A DNA stretch of 47,051 bases from a virus (taxonomy: Duplodnaviria > Heunggongvirae > Uroviricota > Caudoviricetes): IMG/VR virus record IMGVR_UViG_3300047159_000049. One strand, given 5' to 3'. The position numbers were made by a program, and so were the translations under genes. The notes below the pieces were generated by a model. That model made no database searches and was not told the DNA's origin. It saw nothing but the letters and a program-made list of their open reading frames with translations. This document shows, one piece after another, positions 17,534 through 25,707 of the stretch (position 1 is the stretch's first letter; each line of letters opens with the position of its first letter).

Positions 17534-20149
17534 TCAAAGCGCAAGGCCATTCTCAGCTATGATATCGTTGAGATCCATCGCTTCTTCAAGAAGAGACTTC
17601 TCGTCATCTGTCAGATCGGAGCTTTCGGAAAGGGCGTTAAGCTGATCTTTGGAAAGCATTATGATCTTAGATCCGATGACCGCGTCTGATTCGACAGGCC
17701 ATTCCCAATCTTCGGCGAACTTAGACTTAAGGAACCCAGGATCATTGGTCTGACCAGCCAAAGCGCCAGCCTTCATAAGCTGCTTCTTGCGGCGATGCTT
17801 GCGAATCGTCTTGGCTATCTTGTAAGCGGCAATAGGCGCTGCCACAGCAGCAGCCCCGATTGCCAAAGGAGCGGCCATTCCTTTGAGAGATGCGAGCGTC
17901 GCAGACCCAATTCCTTTCAATCCGCTATATGCGGCGGCATGATCGGCAGCCCATTTGGTCCAGCCGGCCTTGTGAGCGGCCAGCCATCCTTCCCAAGCGT
18001 CTTTGGATCCGATATTCGACATGGCGGTCTTCCAAGCCGGGCCGGTTGTGGCCATAAGATCCGAATACGATTTAGCTATCGCCGGCCCCCAGGTTGATCC
18101 ATAAGACGCACCTGTGGCGGGATTGATTGCCGTAGACATCGCGTATGCCCCAGTTCCGACTGCTGCGCCAGCCCCAGCTCCGACAGCTTTTCCGACGTCA
18201 TGCTTATTGACGGCAGTCGGATCGTCGCTGTATCTTGACTCTTTCAAGACATAAAACGAATTCTCGGTGCTGATGCTGCTCATGGCATCAATGGCGTTTC
18301 CGAGAGATTCCGTCGCAAGCTTCATCGCAGCCGATCTTCCGGCTGGGCTTGCCTTGGCGCGGCCATATGACTTCACCAATCTCAAAGCTTGGGCCGCCAG
18401 TTTGTCGCTGGCTGATTTGTCATTGAGATCCAATCCGTAATAGGATACGTTCTGAATATGAGAATCCGGAATGAAATCCTTCTTGTCGTTTGAGTATCCG
18501 GTGATTCCCTTCGGCTTAAGCGGACCTTTGAAAAGAGTCCTGTTGCCGAATAATTTTTTTATTTCCTTGAGCGTCTGGACGCAAGACGCCTTGTCGGACT
18601 GCGACCCGTTGCTCTTGATGAATGACACGATATCGTTAATCGACATCGATCCAAGCTCAGGGTATTTGCTGATCATATCCGACGGGATATGCGACCAGGC
18701 TATGCTGTTTCTGGCGTTCTTTTTGTCCGCGGCGTTCTTGACAAGCGCCATGATCGATCCGGCCAGAATAGACGCAGCCGAAACTGCTCCCGACACGATC
18801 AGGGTAGTCGCAAGCAGGCCAAGGCCCTCATTCACGGTTTCCTCTTTCGAAGCCTCTTTAGGAAGATACCCGCGAAGGCGATTCTTGTCTCCGACAGTGT
18901 CGTAGGATATCCCGTATTTCTTCATCTTGGCGATGATGGCATCGGCCAATTCACCGGCGTGGCTGTCATCGACGTAATTGAAGAATCTGATTGCTGAAAC
19001 GACGTGGTCTTTGTCGCATAGAGGGAATTTCTTCTCCTCAGGCACGCCATATTCGCGCTTATCCGGATCGTCAGGAAGCTCTCCCTCAAGCAAATCGGCT
19101 ACCAATTCCTCATTTTCCATATTGTCACCTTCCATGGCCACTAGCGACTCCTTGCTTCTAACCAACGGAGCCATGGCTGATTCATTAGATTCATTGCCTG
19201 ACAGAAGCTTGTCTAGGTCATTTATCATGGCCAATGCCGCTTCAGGGGTATCGACCGACGCTCCGCAGGCATTCTCATGGCCTCCGCCATTATATCTCTT
19301 GGCGACTTCTCTGACATCTATTCCCTGGGATCTGATCTTGGCGTTGATGTGGTTCCTTCTGCCAAGAAGCATCACCCCGATCGGGCATCCGCGTATCGTC
19401 GACAGCTCATATGCCATGGACGCCGCCGAATCTGTCGATATGCCGTTTGCGTGGGCGACGGCGTCATCTATGTAAATATAGGCGACTCCGTTGCGGGATC
19501 TCTTATAATTGCCAAGGATATAGGATCTTGTTTTGGCGTCAAGCGGGCTCTGAGACGACATCCTCGTGAACAGCTTCCTTGAATTAAGGCCGCTGTCCTG
19601 AAGTATCCCGGCCGCCACGAGAGCCGACTTCGACATGTTGTATTCGAATCTTCCGTTATCGGCAGCCATCCCTTTCATGAGATCGACCGACATGCTCTTG
19701 CTGATCGGATATCCTTCCGATTTAAGGAAGAGAGTGATCAGCTCGCAGGTTGATCCGGCGGACTCATCGGACGCGTCGGCGTCGACTTTAATCAAAGAAG
19801 GATGATGGTCGAATCTGGCTGTTTTGTATTTGCCTGACACATCGCCTGCTACTCGGCCCGCCTCACCTAGATCCAGATAGATAACCAGGCCGGTCTTGTC
19901 CATCGAAACCCTGGTTCCTTCTGACGAAACGATTATTTTTTTATTATCCCCGTACTTCGATCTCAGCGCAGCCGCCAAGGCCGAAACCGACCCAATGGCG
20001 TCCGAATCAGGAGAGATATGTCTCACCAAAACGATGGTCTTGGCGGAGTCTATTAGCCTTTGTATGGCATCGAATCTCGTTCCATAGTCGTACGTTTCTA
20101 TGGACACCGGATTCTCATTTAGCGAACTCATCTTGCAATAACTATGCAT
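17534..20149 (-). CDS. DHH/DHHA1 phosphoesterase (NrnA/Pde2-like) fused to a DUF6582-like domain and hydrophobic segments; probable virion protein
   Basis: HISPDSDAIGS, YLDLG, FDHHP, SAGSTCEL, GMAADNGRF and RSQGIDVREVAKRYNGGGHENACG are all present. These are followed by YGVPEEKKFPLCDKDHVVSAIRFFNY (DUF6582-like) and Gly/Ala-rich hydrophobic helices. Start is 20149 (leaderless) or 20131. Confidence 0.75.
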   Translation of the reverse strand: MHSYCKMSSLNENPVSIETYDYGTRFDAIQRLIDSAKTIVLVRHISPDSDAIGSVSALAAALRSKYGDNKKIIVSSEGTRVSMDKTGLVIYLDLGEAGRVAGDVSGKYKTARFDHHPSLIKVDADASDESAGSTCELITLFLKSEGYPISKSMSVDLMKGMAADNGRFEYNMSKSALVAAGILQDSGLNSRKLFTRMSSQSPLDAKTRSYILGNYKRSRNGVAYIYIDDAVAHANGISTDSAASMAYELSTIRGCPIGVMLLGRRNHINAKIRSQGIDVREVAKRYNGGGHENACGASVDTPEAALAMINDLDKLLSGNESNESAMAPLVRSKESLVAMEGDNMENEELVADLLEGELPDDPDKREYGVPEEKKFPLCDKDHVVSAIRFFNYVDDSHAGELADAIIAKMKKYGISYDTVGDKNRLRGYLPKEASKEETVNEGLGLLATTLIVSGAVSAASILAGSIMALVKNAADKKNARNSIAWSHIPSDMISKYPELGSMSINDIVSFIKSNGSQSDKASCVQTLKEIKKLFGNRTLFKGPLKPKGITGYSNDKKDFIPDSHIQNVSYYGLDLNDKSASDKLAAQALRLVKSYGRAKASPAGRSAAMKLATESLGNAIDAMSSISTENSFYVLKESRYSDDPTAVNKHDVGKAVGAGAGAAVGTGAYAMSTAINPATGASYGSTWGPAIAKSYSDLMATTGPAWKTAMSNIGSKDAWEGWLAAHKAGWTKWAADHAAAYSGLKGIGSATLASLKGMAAPLAIGAAAVAAPIAAYKIAKTIRKHRRKKQLMKAGALAGQTNDPGFLKSKFAEDWEWPVESDAVIGSKIIMLSKDQLNALSESSDLTDDEKSLLEEAMDLNDIIAENGLAL

Positions 20150-20161
20150 AATCAATTGTTC
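20148..20161 (-). promoter_or_regulatory. Putative phage late promoter GAACAATTGATTAT
   Basis: Overlaps ATG 20149 so that the predicted +1 A is the A of ATG. Confidence 0.7.
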
Positions 20162-20196
20162 GGGCCGTTATATTCGAGCGAAAACGCAAGACAGCG

Positions 20197-20205
20197 ATAT
20201 ATGAT
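20197..20205 (+). promoter_or_regulatory. Putative phage early promoter ATATATGAT
   Basis: Back-to-back with the leftward late motif, the same layout as 4422-4505. Confidence 0.55.
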
Positions 20206-20272
20206 TTTGTTGTGAAGAAGGACAACGTCTGGCTTGCCACAGCCGTTCCCTATTCAAAATTGGAGAATAAAT

Positions 20273-20998
20273 ATGTCAATTCATGAATCGCATTACAACG
20301 ACACGCTGTCGAAAGACGACGTGAACAAGCTTGTATCTGAGACCAACAGGCTTAAAGACTATGCTTATTACGGAGACCCGAAAACCGGAGAAGGCGGCGT
20401 CACGCGCAAGGAATACGATTTCCTCGTCGGCGCCATTTATTCGGCCAAGCGCTCGCTCAACAGCGACGGCGCCTATTCTAAGAAGATGCTCTACTATTAC
20501 ATCGCAGACAACCTTTTCGAGTATCTCATCGAGAAGAAGAAATACGATGAAGCGTTCAGCGATCTCAGCCGTATGATCTTAGCCGCCAGCGGCGTTACCA
20601 TCAGCTTCGGAAGCGGAAATCATTGCGACGTAACTGGCGATGACTTCACGACCAAGACCGACAGCGACGTCAAAGAAGCTCTGGCCAAAGCCGACGCCCT
20701 TCCCGACGGCGGCGAAGACGATGATGAGCCGAAAGCCAAGCGGGCGTACCATCGCCATGATGGCAGCCGCCGGCCGGGACGCCCGAAGAAAGGCTCCGTC
20801 GATCAGCCTGATGCTTCAAAAGAGGATCAGTCTAAATTCGAGAAGAGATTCGCATGCATCCAGTATGCGATCCTCAAGAAGGCCAAATCAAAGCAAGAAG
20901 GCGTCGAGATGGCCAAGAAATACGTAGCCAAGTACATCAAAAAATACAACGTCAAGGTCGTTGTCCGGAACGACATGTTCATCTCCGGACTCAACTAA
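20273..20998 (+). CDS. Hypothetical protein with an AT-hook-like motif (RRPGRPKK)
   Basis: GGAG RBS supports ATG 20273; basic C-terminus. Confidence 0.7.
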   Translation: MSIHESHYNDTLSKDDVNKLVSETNRLKDYAYYGDPKTGEGGVTRKEYDFLVGAIYSAKRSLNSDGAYSKKMLYYYIADNLFEYLIEKKKYDEAFSDLSRMILAASGVTISFGSGNHCDVTGDDFTTKTDSDVKEALAKADALPDGGEDDDEPKAKRAYHRHDGSRRPGRPKKGSVDQPDASKEDQSKFEKRFACIQYAILKKAKSKQEGVEMAKKYVAKYIKKYNVKVVVRNDMFISGLN

Positions 20999-21032
20999 AG
21001 AAGACGCCTGCGGCAAGCAGGCTTCTTTTTTT
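20998..21032 (+). terminator. Rho-independent terminator
   Basis: GCCTGC-GGCAA-GCAGGC stem with a T-tract. Confidence 0.85.
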
Positions 21033-21048
21033 GTTTCCTAGTCCGAGA

Positions 21049-21057
21049 ATATATCAT
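21049..21057 (+). promoter_or_regulatory. Putative phage early promoter ATATATCAT
   Basis: Intergenic, directly after a terminator. Confidence 0.6.
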
Positions 21058-21082
21058 TCCTTTGAGAAAGAAGGACGGTTTA

Positions 21083-21811
21083 GTGAAATACAATCAATTT
21101 TCATTTAGTGCCGATATCCCTGACATAGTGGCGATAGCCACAATAGGATCGGTTCATTATCGGTATGTCGATCTTCCGGAAAAGTCAAAAGACATATATT
21201 TCTCGAAGCAGACGATCAATCTTTATTCATCCAAGTCAAGGACGTATCAGCTCAACATCCGCGATCTGACTGACGCCGTGGCCATAAGATGGCCCAGAAG
21301 AAACGCTCCTAGCGCATCAAAGAATCCGAATATCGCGGACATCATTTTCATGAATGACGGATCGTTCGACAAAAGCGGGTCTCAGATAACGTCTTACTAC
21401 GGAGACTACGATATGTACATGTCAGTCGTCATCAAGCATTCGAATAATTCAGGAGACTATCCGGTGTCCTGGTATGACGACTTCCTGACGATTCCGATCA
21501 GCTCCGGATTCACGGTAGCCCTTGAGAAATGGCTGAAAGACAGCGGATTCGTATGCATAAGCGATTCCGAAGGGGTCTTCGTCAATTCGGAAAAGCTAAA
21601 ATCGAAAGAGTATTCGATAATGGCCTACGTCACCGGCCGCGACAGGCTTGCCTGGAAAATAAAAAATAATTCCATCGGAAGCGAGCGCGATATCGACGTC
21701 GGGCGCAACTGGTCAAGATCAAGCCGGCTGCATTCCCACGTCCTATCGGTTCTAAAACCGTATATCGACGAATACGAATACAAGTCGATAATGCTTCAGA
21801 GAAAGATCTAG
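21083..21811 (+). CDS. Hypothetical protein, C-terminal tag family (KSIMLQRKI)
   Basis: AGAAGG RBS favours GTG 21083 over TTG 21062. Confidence 0.75.
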   Translation: MKYNQFSFSADIPDIVAIATIGSVHYRYVDLPEKSKDIYFSKQTINLYSSKSRTYQLNIRDLTDAVAIRWPRRNAPSASKNPNIADIIFMNDGSFDKSGSQITSYYGDYDMYMSVVIKHSNNSGDYPVSWYDDFLTIPISSGFTVALEKWLKDSGFVCISDSEGVFVNSEKLKSKEYSIMAYVTGRDRLAWKIKNNSIGSERDIDVGRNWSRSSRLHSHVLSVLKPYIDEYEYKSIMLQRKI

Positions 21812-21823
21812 AAAGGATTCATC

Positions 21824-22426
21824 ATGCCAAAGAAGAAACCGATGTTCGCATTCACCAACTCAACCATAGCCAATACCATCAGAAGCACTACGACCGACAT
21901 GGCCACCGAAACAGAGTATCTCAAGAACACCACTGACGATCTGTCGAAATCAAAAAAGCTTTACGCCTCGCTGATGAGGAACCTTGGCCAGGAATTCGAC
22001 ATCATCGCCGTGACCATGGCCATAGCGTTCTGCAATCCCAATTCCAATTATTCCAAAGACACCCCGTCCGACCAATGCTCAAACGTCATCAACATGGCAG
22101 AGCTATGCGCCAAAGTGGCCAGAGACAAGCTAGGAGACGGAGCGATCGACAGCGCACTTAGATTCAGCTCAAGGCGCAAGAACAATGACTTCAAAGCCGT
22201 CCAAGCTTACACGATGCTTCACTCGATGTGCAATCTGGTGAACGACCCAAGCTTCGATCTTGGAGGCCAGCATACCGGAATAAGTGTCCTGCTGAAATCG
22301 ATCGTCCCGAACGGAGTCGTCCTCAAGATGGCAAAAACGGCGGAGTTCAAGAAGACCGCCGAAGACCTGGCCGACAAAGTGCTTAGCCTAAGCGAAGACG
22401 AGCTGAGGCTTGATCTAAAGATCTGA
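21824..22426 (+). CDS. Hypothetical protein, C-terminal tag family (DELRLDLKI)
   Basis: 200-aa ORF with an AAAGGA RBS. Confidence 0.8.
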   Translation: MPKKKPMFAFTNSTIANTIRSTTTDMATETEYLKNTTDDLSKSKKLYASLMRNLGQEFDIIAVTMAIAFCNPNSNYSKDTPSDQCSNVINMAELCAKVARDKLGDGAIDSALRFSSRRKNNDFKAVQAYTMLHSMCNLVNDPSFDLGGQHTGISVLLKSIVPNGVVLKMAKTAEFKKTAEDLADKVLSLSEDELRLDLKI

Positions 22427-22438
22427 AAGGACATTATT

Positions 22439-23029
22439 ATGGATAATCAAACCAATACGACAAATCAAGATGACAAATCCATCACTCTTACGGTTAAAAT
22501 ACAGATCCCATGCCGCCAAGACAGCATCATAGCATTCGCATGCCAAGGGCATAGCCGAGGAAAATGGTATATCGAATGCCTTTACTACGATCCTAACGCG
22601 CCCAAAGACAAAATCGGCGTCTGCAGCTTCTGCGTTTCCGACGATACCGGCGACGCATTCTATCAATACGTCAAATCAAGCGGAGGCTTCTCGCTTCTGT
22701 CAAGCACCAAGAAAGAAAGCCTATCCCAAAGCTTCTCGGCGTTATGCATCGGAAAATACACCGAGTCTGGCGCCCGCGTCATCGTCACAAAAGGATTCGA
22801 CAAATACCGTTGGAAGCATGACAGCACGTCATCCTCTACCACAACAACGCATACGCACAACATCTTCATATACAACGACACCGATGCTGAAAACTATAAC
22901 AGCCGCATCTGCATAGCCAGGGGAATCACCGCCAAAGGCCCTCGCTTCAGGCAAATTCTCAGCCTGCTCAAGAAAAGCGGACTGCCTGACGCTGAGCTCG
23001 ATTCGATTAAGATCAATCTGATGCTTTGA
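22439..23029 (+). CDS. Hypothetical protein, C-terminal tag family (DSIKINLML)
   Basis: 196-aa ORF with an AAAGGA RBS. Confidence 0.8.
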   Translation: MDNQTNTTNQDDKSITLTVKIQIPCRQDSIIAFACQGHSRGKWYIECLYYDPNAPKDKIGVCSFCVSDDTGDAFYQYVKSSGGFSLLSSTKKESLSQSFSALCIGKYTESGARVIVTKGFDKYRWKHDSTSSSTTTTHTHNIFIYNDTDAENYNSRICIARGITAKGPRFRQILSLLKKSGLPDAELDSIKINLML

Positions 23030-23031
23030 TC

Positions 23032-23060
23032 AAAAAAGATCCCCAACCGGATCTTTTTTT
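23032..23060 (+). terminator. Rho-independent terminator
   Basis: AAAAAAGATCC-CCAACC-GGATCTTTTTT. Confidence 0.85.
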
Positions 23061-23062
23061 AG

Positions 23063-23091
23063 TTGCAAACGGCAAAACCCGATGCTAGTAT
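23063..23091 (+). promoter_or_regulatory. Sigma-A-type promoter TTGCAA-N17(TGn)-TAGTAT; leaderless transcript predicted
   Basis: Spacing counted; GTG start lies 6 nt after the -10; no RBS. Confidence 0.55.
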
Positions 23092-23097
23092 CTAGTC

Positions 23098-23751
23098 GTG
23101 GAAACAATAATTATTTTATCCGAAAGCAGCTACAACGTAGGCTATGTGTTCCTCGGGCCATCCATAGCGTGCATTTTGTTCTGGGTCGTAAAGCTGATAA
23201 TCGGAGGATTCGACATCAACAGACGCGACCGAGAATTTTATGGCGAGTCGCGCAACAAATATTCGAGATCCGCCAATAAAGTAGCTGACGCGATCATGCC
23301 GGTCAAGGCATCCAAGACTATCAACGTCTCCAGCAAAGGAATCAATTACTCCATTGAAATAGGAGACAAGGAAGGAGCCATGCGAAATCAGATCTGCTAT
23401 CGCATAGCATACGGATTCCTAAGGCCGTCTCCGCAGGCCTGGAAGGTGCGCAGACTATCGACGCCGAAAGACAATCAGCTAGCCGCCACCGACGAAGCCC
23501 TCAGAATAGCATACCAAGAGCTTGGTCCTAAAAAGATGCGAAAGCTATGGCTGTACGTCAATTCTAAAGACGTCACATCATGCCCTAAAACTCTCGAATC
23601 TATTAAGCAGCTCGTCGAGTTTGTTTACACCGAGATAAGGGAAGGCGGATACATCGTCGAACTGTCAGACCATCAAAACGATATGCGTGCTGCCCTGAGA
23701 AGCATAGAAGCCTCGGACGAAGACGAGATTGCCCTAGACATGATACTCTGA
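23098..23751 (+). CDS. Hypothetical protein with one N-terminal TM segment, C-terminal tag family (DEIALDMIL)
   Basis: Hydrophobic VGYVFLGPSIACILFWVVKLIIGGF near the N-terminus. Confidence 0.7.
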   Translation: METIIILSESSYNVGYVFLGPSIACILFWVVKLIIGGFDINRRDREFYGESRNKYSRSANKVADAIMPVKASKTINVSSKGINYSIEIGDKEGAMRNQICYRIAYGFLRPSPQAWKVRRLSTPKDNQLAATDEALRIAYQELGPKKMRKLWLYVNSKDVTSCPKTLESIKQLVEFVYTEIREGGYIVELSDHQNDMRAALRSIEASDEDEIALDMIL

Positions 23752-23772
23752 TCCCATTTTCTTGACGAAAAC

Positions 23773-23816
23773 AAAGCCTCCCGAACAATCGATTATAATC
23801 GATCGGAAGGCTTTTT
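23773..23816 (+). promoter_or_regulatory. Hairpin/terminator containing the late promoter GAACAATCGATTAT (23783-23796) and sequestering the downstream RBS
   Basis: AAAGCCTcCCGA...TCGGaAGGCTTT-TT stem. The 16-bp palindrome ATCGATTATAATCGAT is internal. GGAAGG RBS lies in the 3' arm. Confidence 0.6.
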
Positions 23817-25433
23817 ATGTCAGCAAAATTCAGCACATCTGGGACATCGACTGCGGTAAAACAGGTAATGTACGTCGATTCCGCTGCCAGCAACGCCAAG
23901 TCAGAGTGCTATAAAATCGTTGATCAAAACGGAAACGTCTTATGGTGCAAGCCTTACACGTTCTCTTACAGCAAAGGAACCGGGGTAGCGTCGATATCCG
24001 TAATCAGGACATCTTCGTTGGAGCCGTCCATATCCGTTGCTGAAAACGGAGACAACCTTGCCGACGGAGACACCGTTTATTACGGAGACACGATCCAGAT
24101 AAAAGCCAACGCATCGACAGGATATTCCATAAACGGAACGTATCCTGTGACGATCATCGTAACTGACAAGGAAGACACCCATACGTTCACCGCAGGGGCG
24201 ACCATAAATCAGCATACGCTGTCCATTCACATATTCAGAGACAACAAAGAGACCACCGCCTCTGCTCAGAAAATAACAACCAAGATAACCGTATCAGGAA
24301 CCACCACCACAAACGAAAGCTCGGACTATTCAAAGACATTCGATTACGGAACCCAATATTCTCTATCCGACGCATACTATAACGTGGATAGCGTAAAAAA
24401 CAAATTCCTCAAGTTGGACACGGCGCTTCCTATCAGCGGAAGCCTTCCAGACAGCGATAAAAGCCTCGATCTCTATTTCACAACGGTATCGCATACGCTG
24501 ACCATAACGAAAGACACCGGAGTCAGCACGATAACGGTCACCAGAAACACCTCTCCTTATGGAGGAGGCGCAACCGGCGCCCTTTCTACCGGAGACACTA
24601 TTTATTATGGAGATACCCTCAGCGTCAGCGCAACCCCGTCCACCGGATATCGAATGGATTCCGGAAGCGCCGACGGCGGCACATACACATACGACATAAC
24701 CGTCGGGGAAGATGACATAACAGTCGAGCCTGAATGCTCCGTTAGATCATTCACCGCTACGCTGAACGGGAACAGCCACTCAACCATATCCCTAGTAGTC
24801 GTGTCGTCTCCTTTGAACGGAACGGTAAAGACGTATGACTATGCAGCGACGCTATCGCCTACCGTTTATTATAATGACGTCGTCTATTATGTCGTCAAAG
24901 CCGATTCTGGATATAAGATCGCTATCTTGCACTACAGCAGCGACTATGAAACTCAATGGTACACATACGAAAGCACTTATACGAGCCCATCGATGACCAT
25001 CACCAGAGACATCTCTTACACCCCTGTATTGCGTCCGTATCTCAAAGCCCCGAGCTGCGTTTCATCGTCAGGATCCTATACGTCATCATCTGGAAGCGTC
25101 ACATCAGTTATATCAAATTACAACAGCATAGCGGTTACCGCTCATTACAGCATCTCGTCATCGGAAGGATATTTCCAATGGACGACTCAAGAAGGGATTT
25201 CATCTTATCCATACACCGAAACCGTTACTCACACTGCTCAATCCAGAGATATATACATCGGAGCTGGATCGACAATGTCTCTGTATATCGTAGATGGGTC
25301 TTATCCGTATTACACCCTGACATTCACGGCTTATTTCTCGCCTGCTTCTTCAAGCGATAGCAACTATCTAAGTTCGGATTCATCGACCATAGCTCCAAAC
25401 ATATACACTCCAAGCAGCTCGCAGACATCATGA
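23817..25433 (+). CDS. Ser/Thr-rich repeated beta-domain (Ig/InlB-B-repeat-like) protein; probable virion surface protein
   Basis: Three internal repeats (GDTVYYGDTIQIKANASTGY, GDTIYYGDTLSVSATPSTGY, PTVYYNDVVYYVVKADSGY); late motif upstream. Confidence 0.6.
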   Translation: MSAKFSTSGTSTAVKQVMYVDSAASNAKSECYKIVDQNGNVLWCKPYTFSYSKGTGVASISVIRTSSLEPSISVAENGDNLADGDTVYYGDTIQIKANASTGYSINGTYPVTIIVTDKEDTHTFTAGATINQHTLSIHIFRDNKETTASAQKITTKITVSGTTTTNESSDYSKTFDYGTQYSLSDAYYNVDSVKNKFLKLDTALPISGSLPDSDKSLDLYFTTVSHTLTITKDTGVSTITVTRNTSPYGGGATGALSTGDTIYYGDTLSVSATPSTGYRMDSGSADGGTYTYDITVGEDDITVEPECSVRSFTATLNGNSHSTISLVVVSSPLNGTVKTYDYAATLSPTVYYNDVVYYVVKADSGYKIAILHYSSDYETQWYTYESTYTSPSMTITRDISYTPVLRPYLKAPSCVSSSGSYTSSSGSVTSVISNYNSIAVTAHYSISSSEGYFQWTTQEGISSYPYTETVTHTAQSRDIYIGAGSTMSLYIVDGSYPYYTLTFTAYFSPASSSDSNYLSSDSSTIAPNIYTPSSSQTS

Positions 25434-25449
25434 TTAGGACGGAATACCC

Positions 25450-25707
25450 ATGGACACGATGATAATGCACGATTATGAGAAAATCAAATCGTCCGGTGAC
25501 TTCGATTTATACGTGGATCATCCGATCTACCAGATAGTTTCCGCAGGGGACGGATATCACATCATAGACGCCGCCACCAAAGAGACGGTAGGCACGAAAG
25601 CGTTTCTTAGAATCCTGTCATTCGACGAAGACGGATATCCATTGAAAACTAAGGTCTACGATGATCTATCGAAATACTCAATAGTCAAAGACGAGGATAC
25701 CAAATAA
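25450..25707 (+). CDS. Small hypothetical protein
   Basis: 85-aa ORF with a GGA RBS; TAATG overlap with the next gene. Confidence 0.65.
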   Translation: MDTMIMHDYEKIKSSGDFDLYVDHPIYQIVSAGDGYHIIDAATKETVGTKAFLRILSFDEDGYPLKTKVYDDLSKYSIVKDEDTK

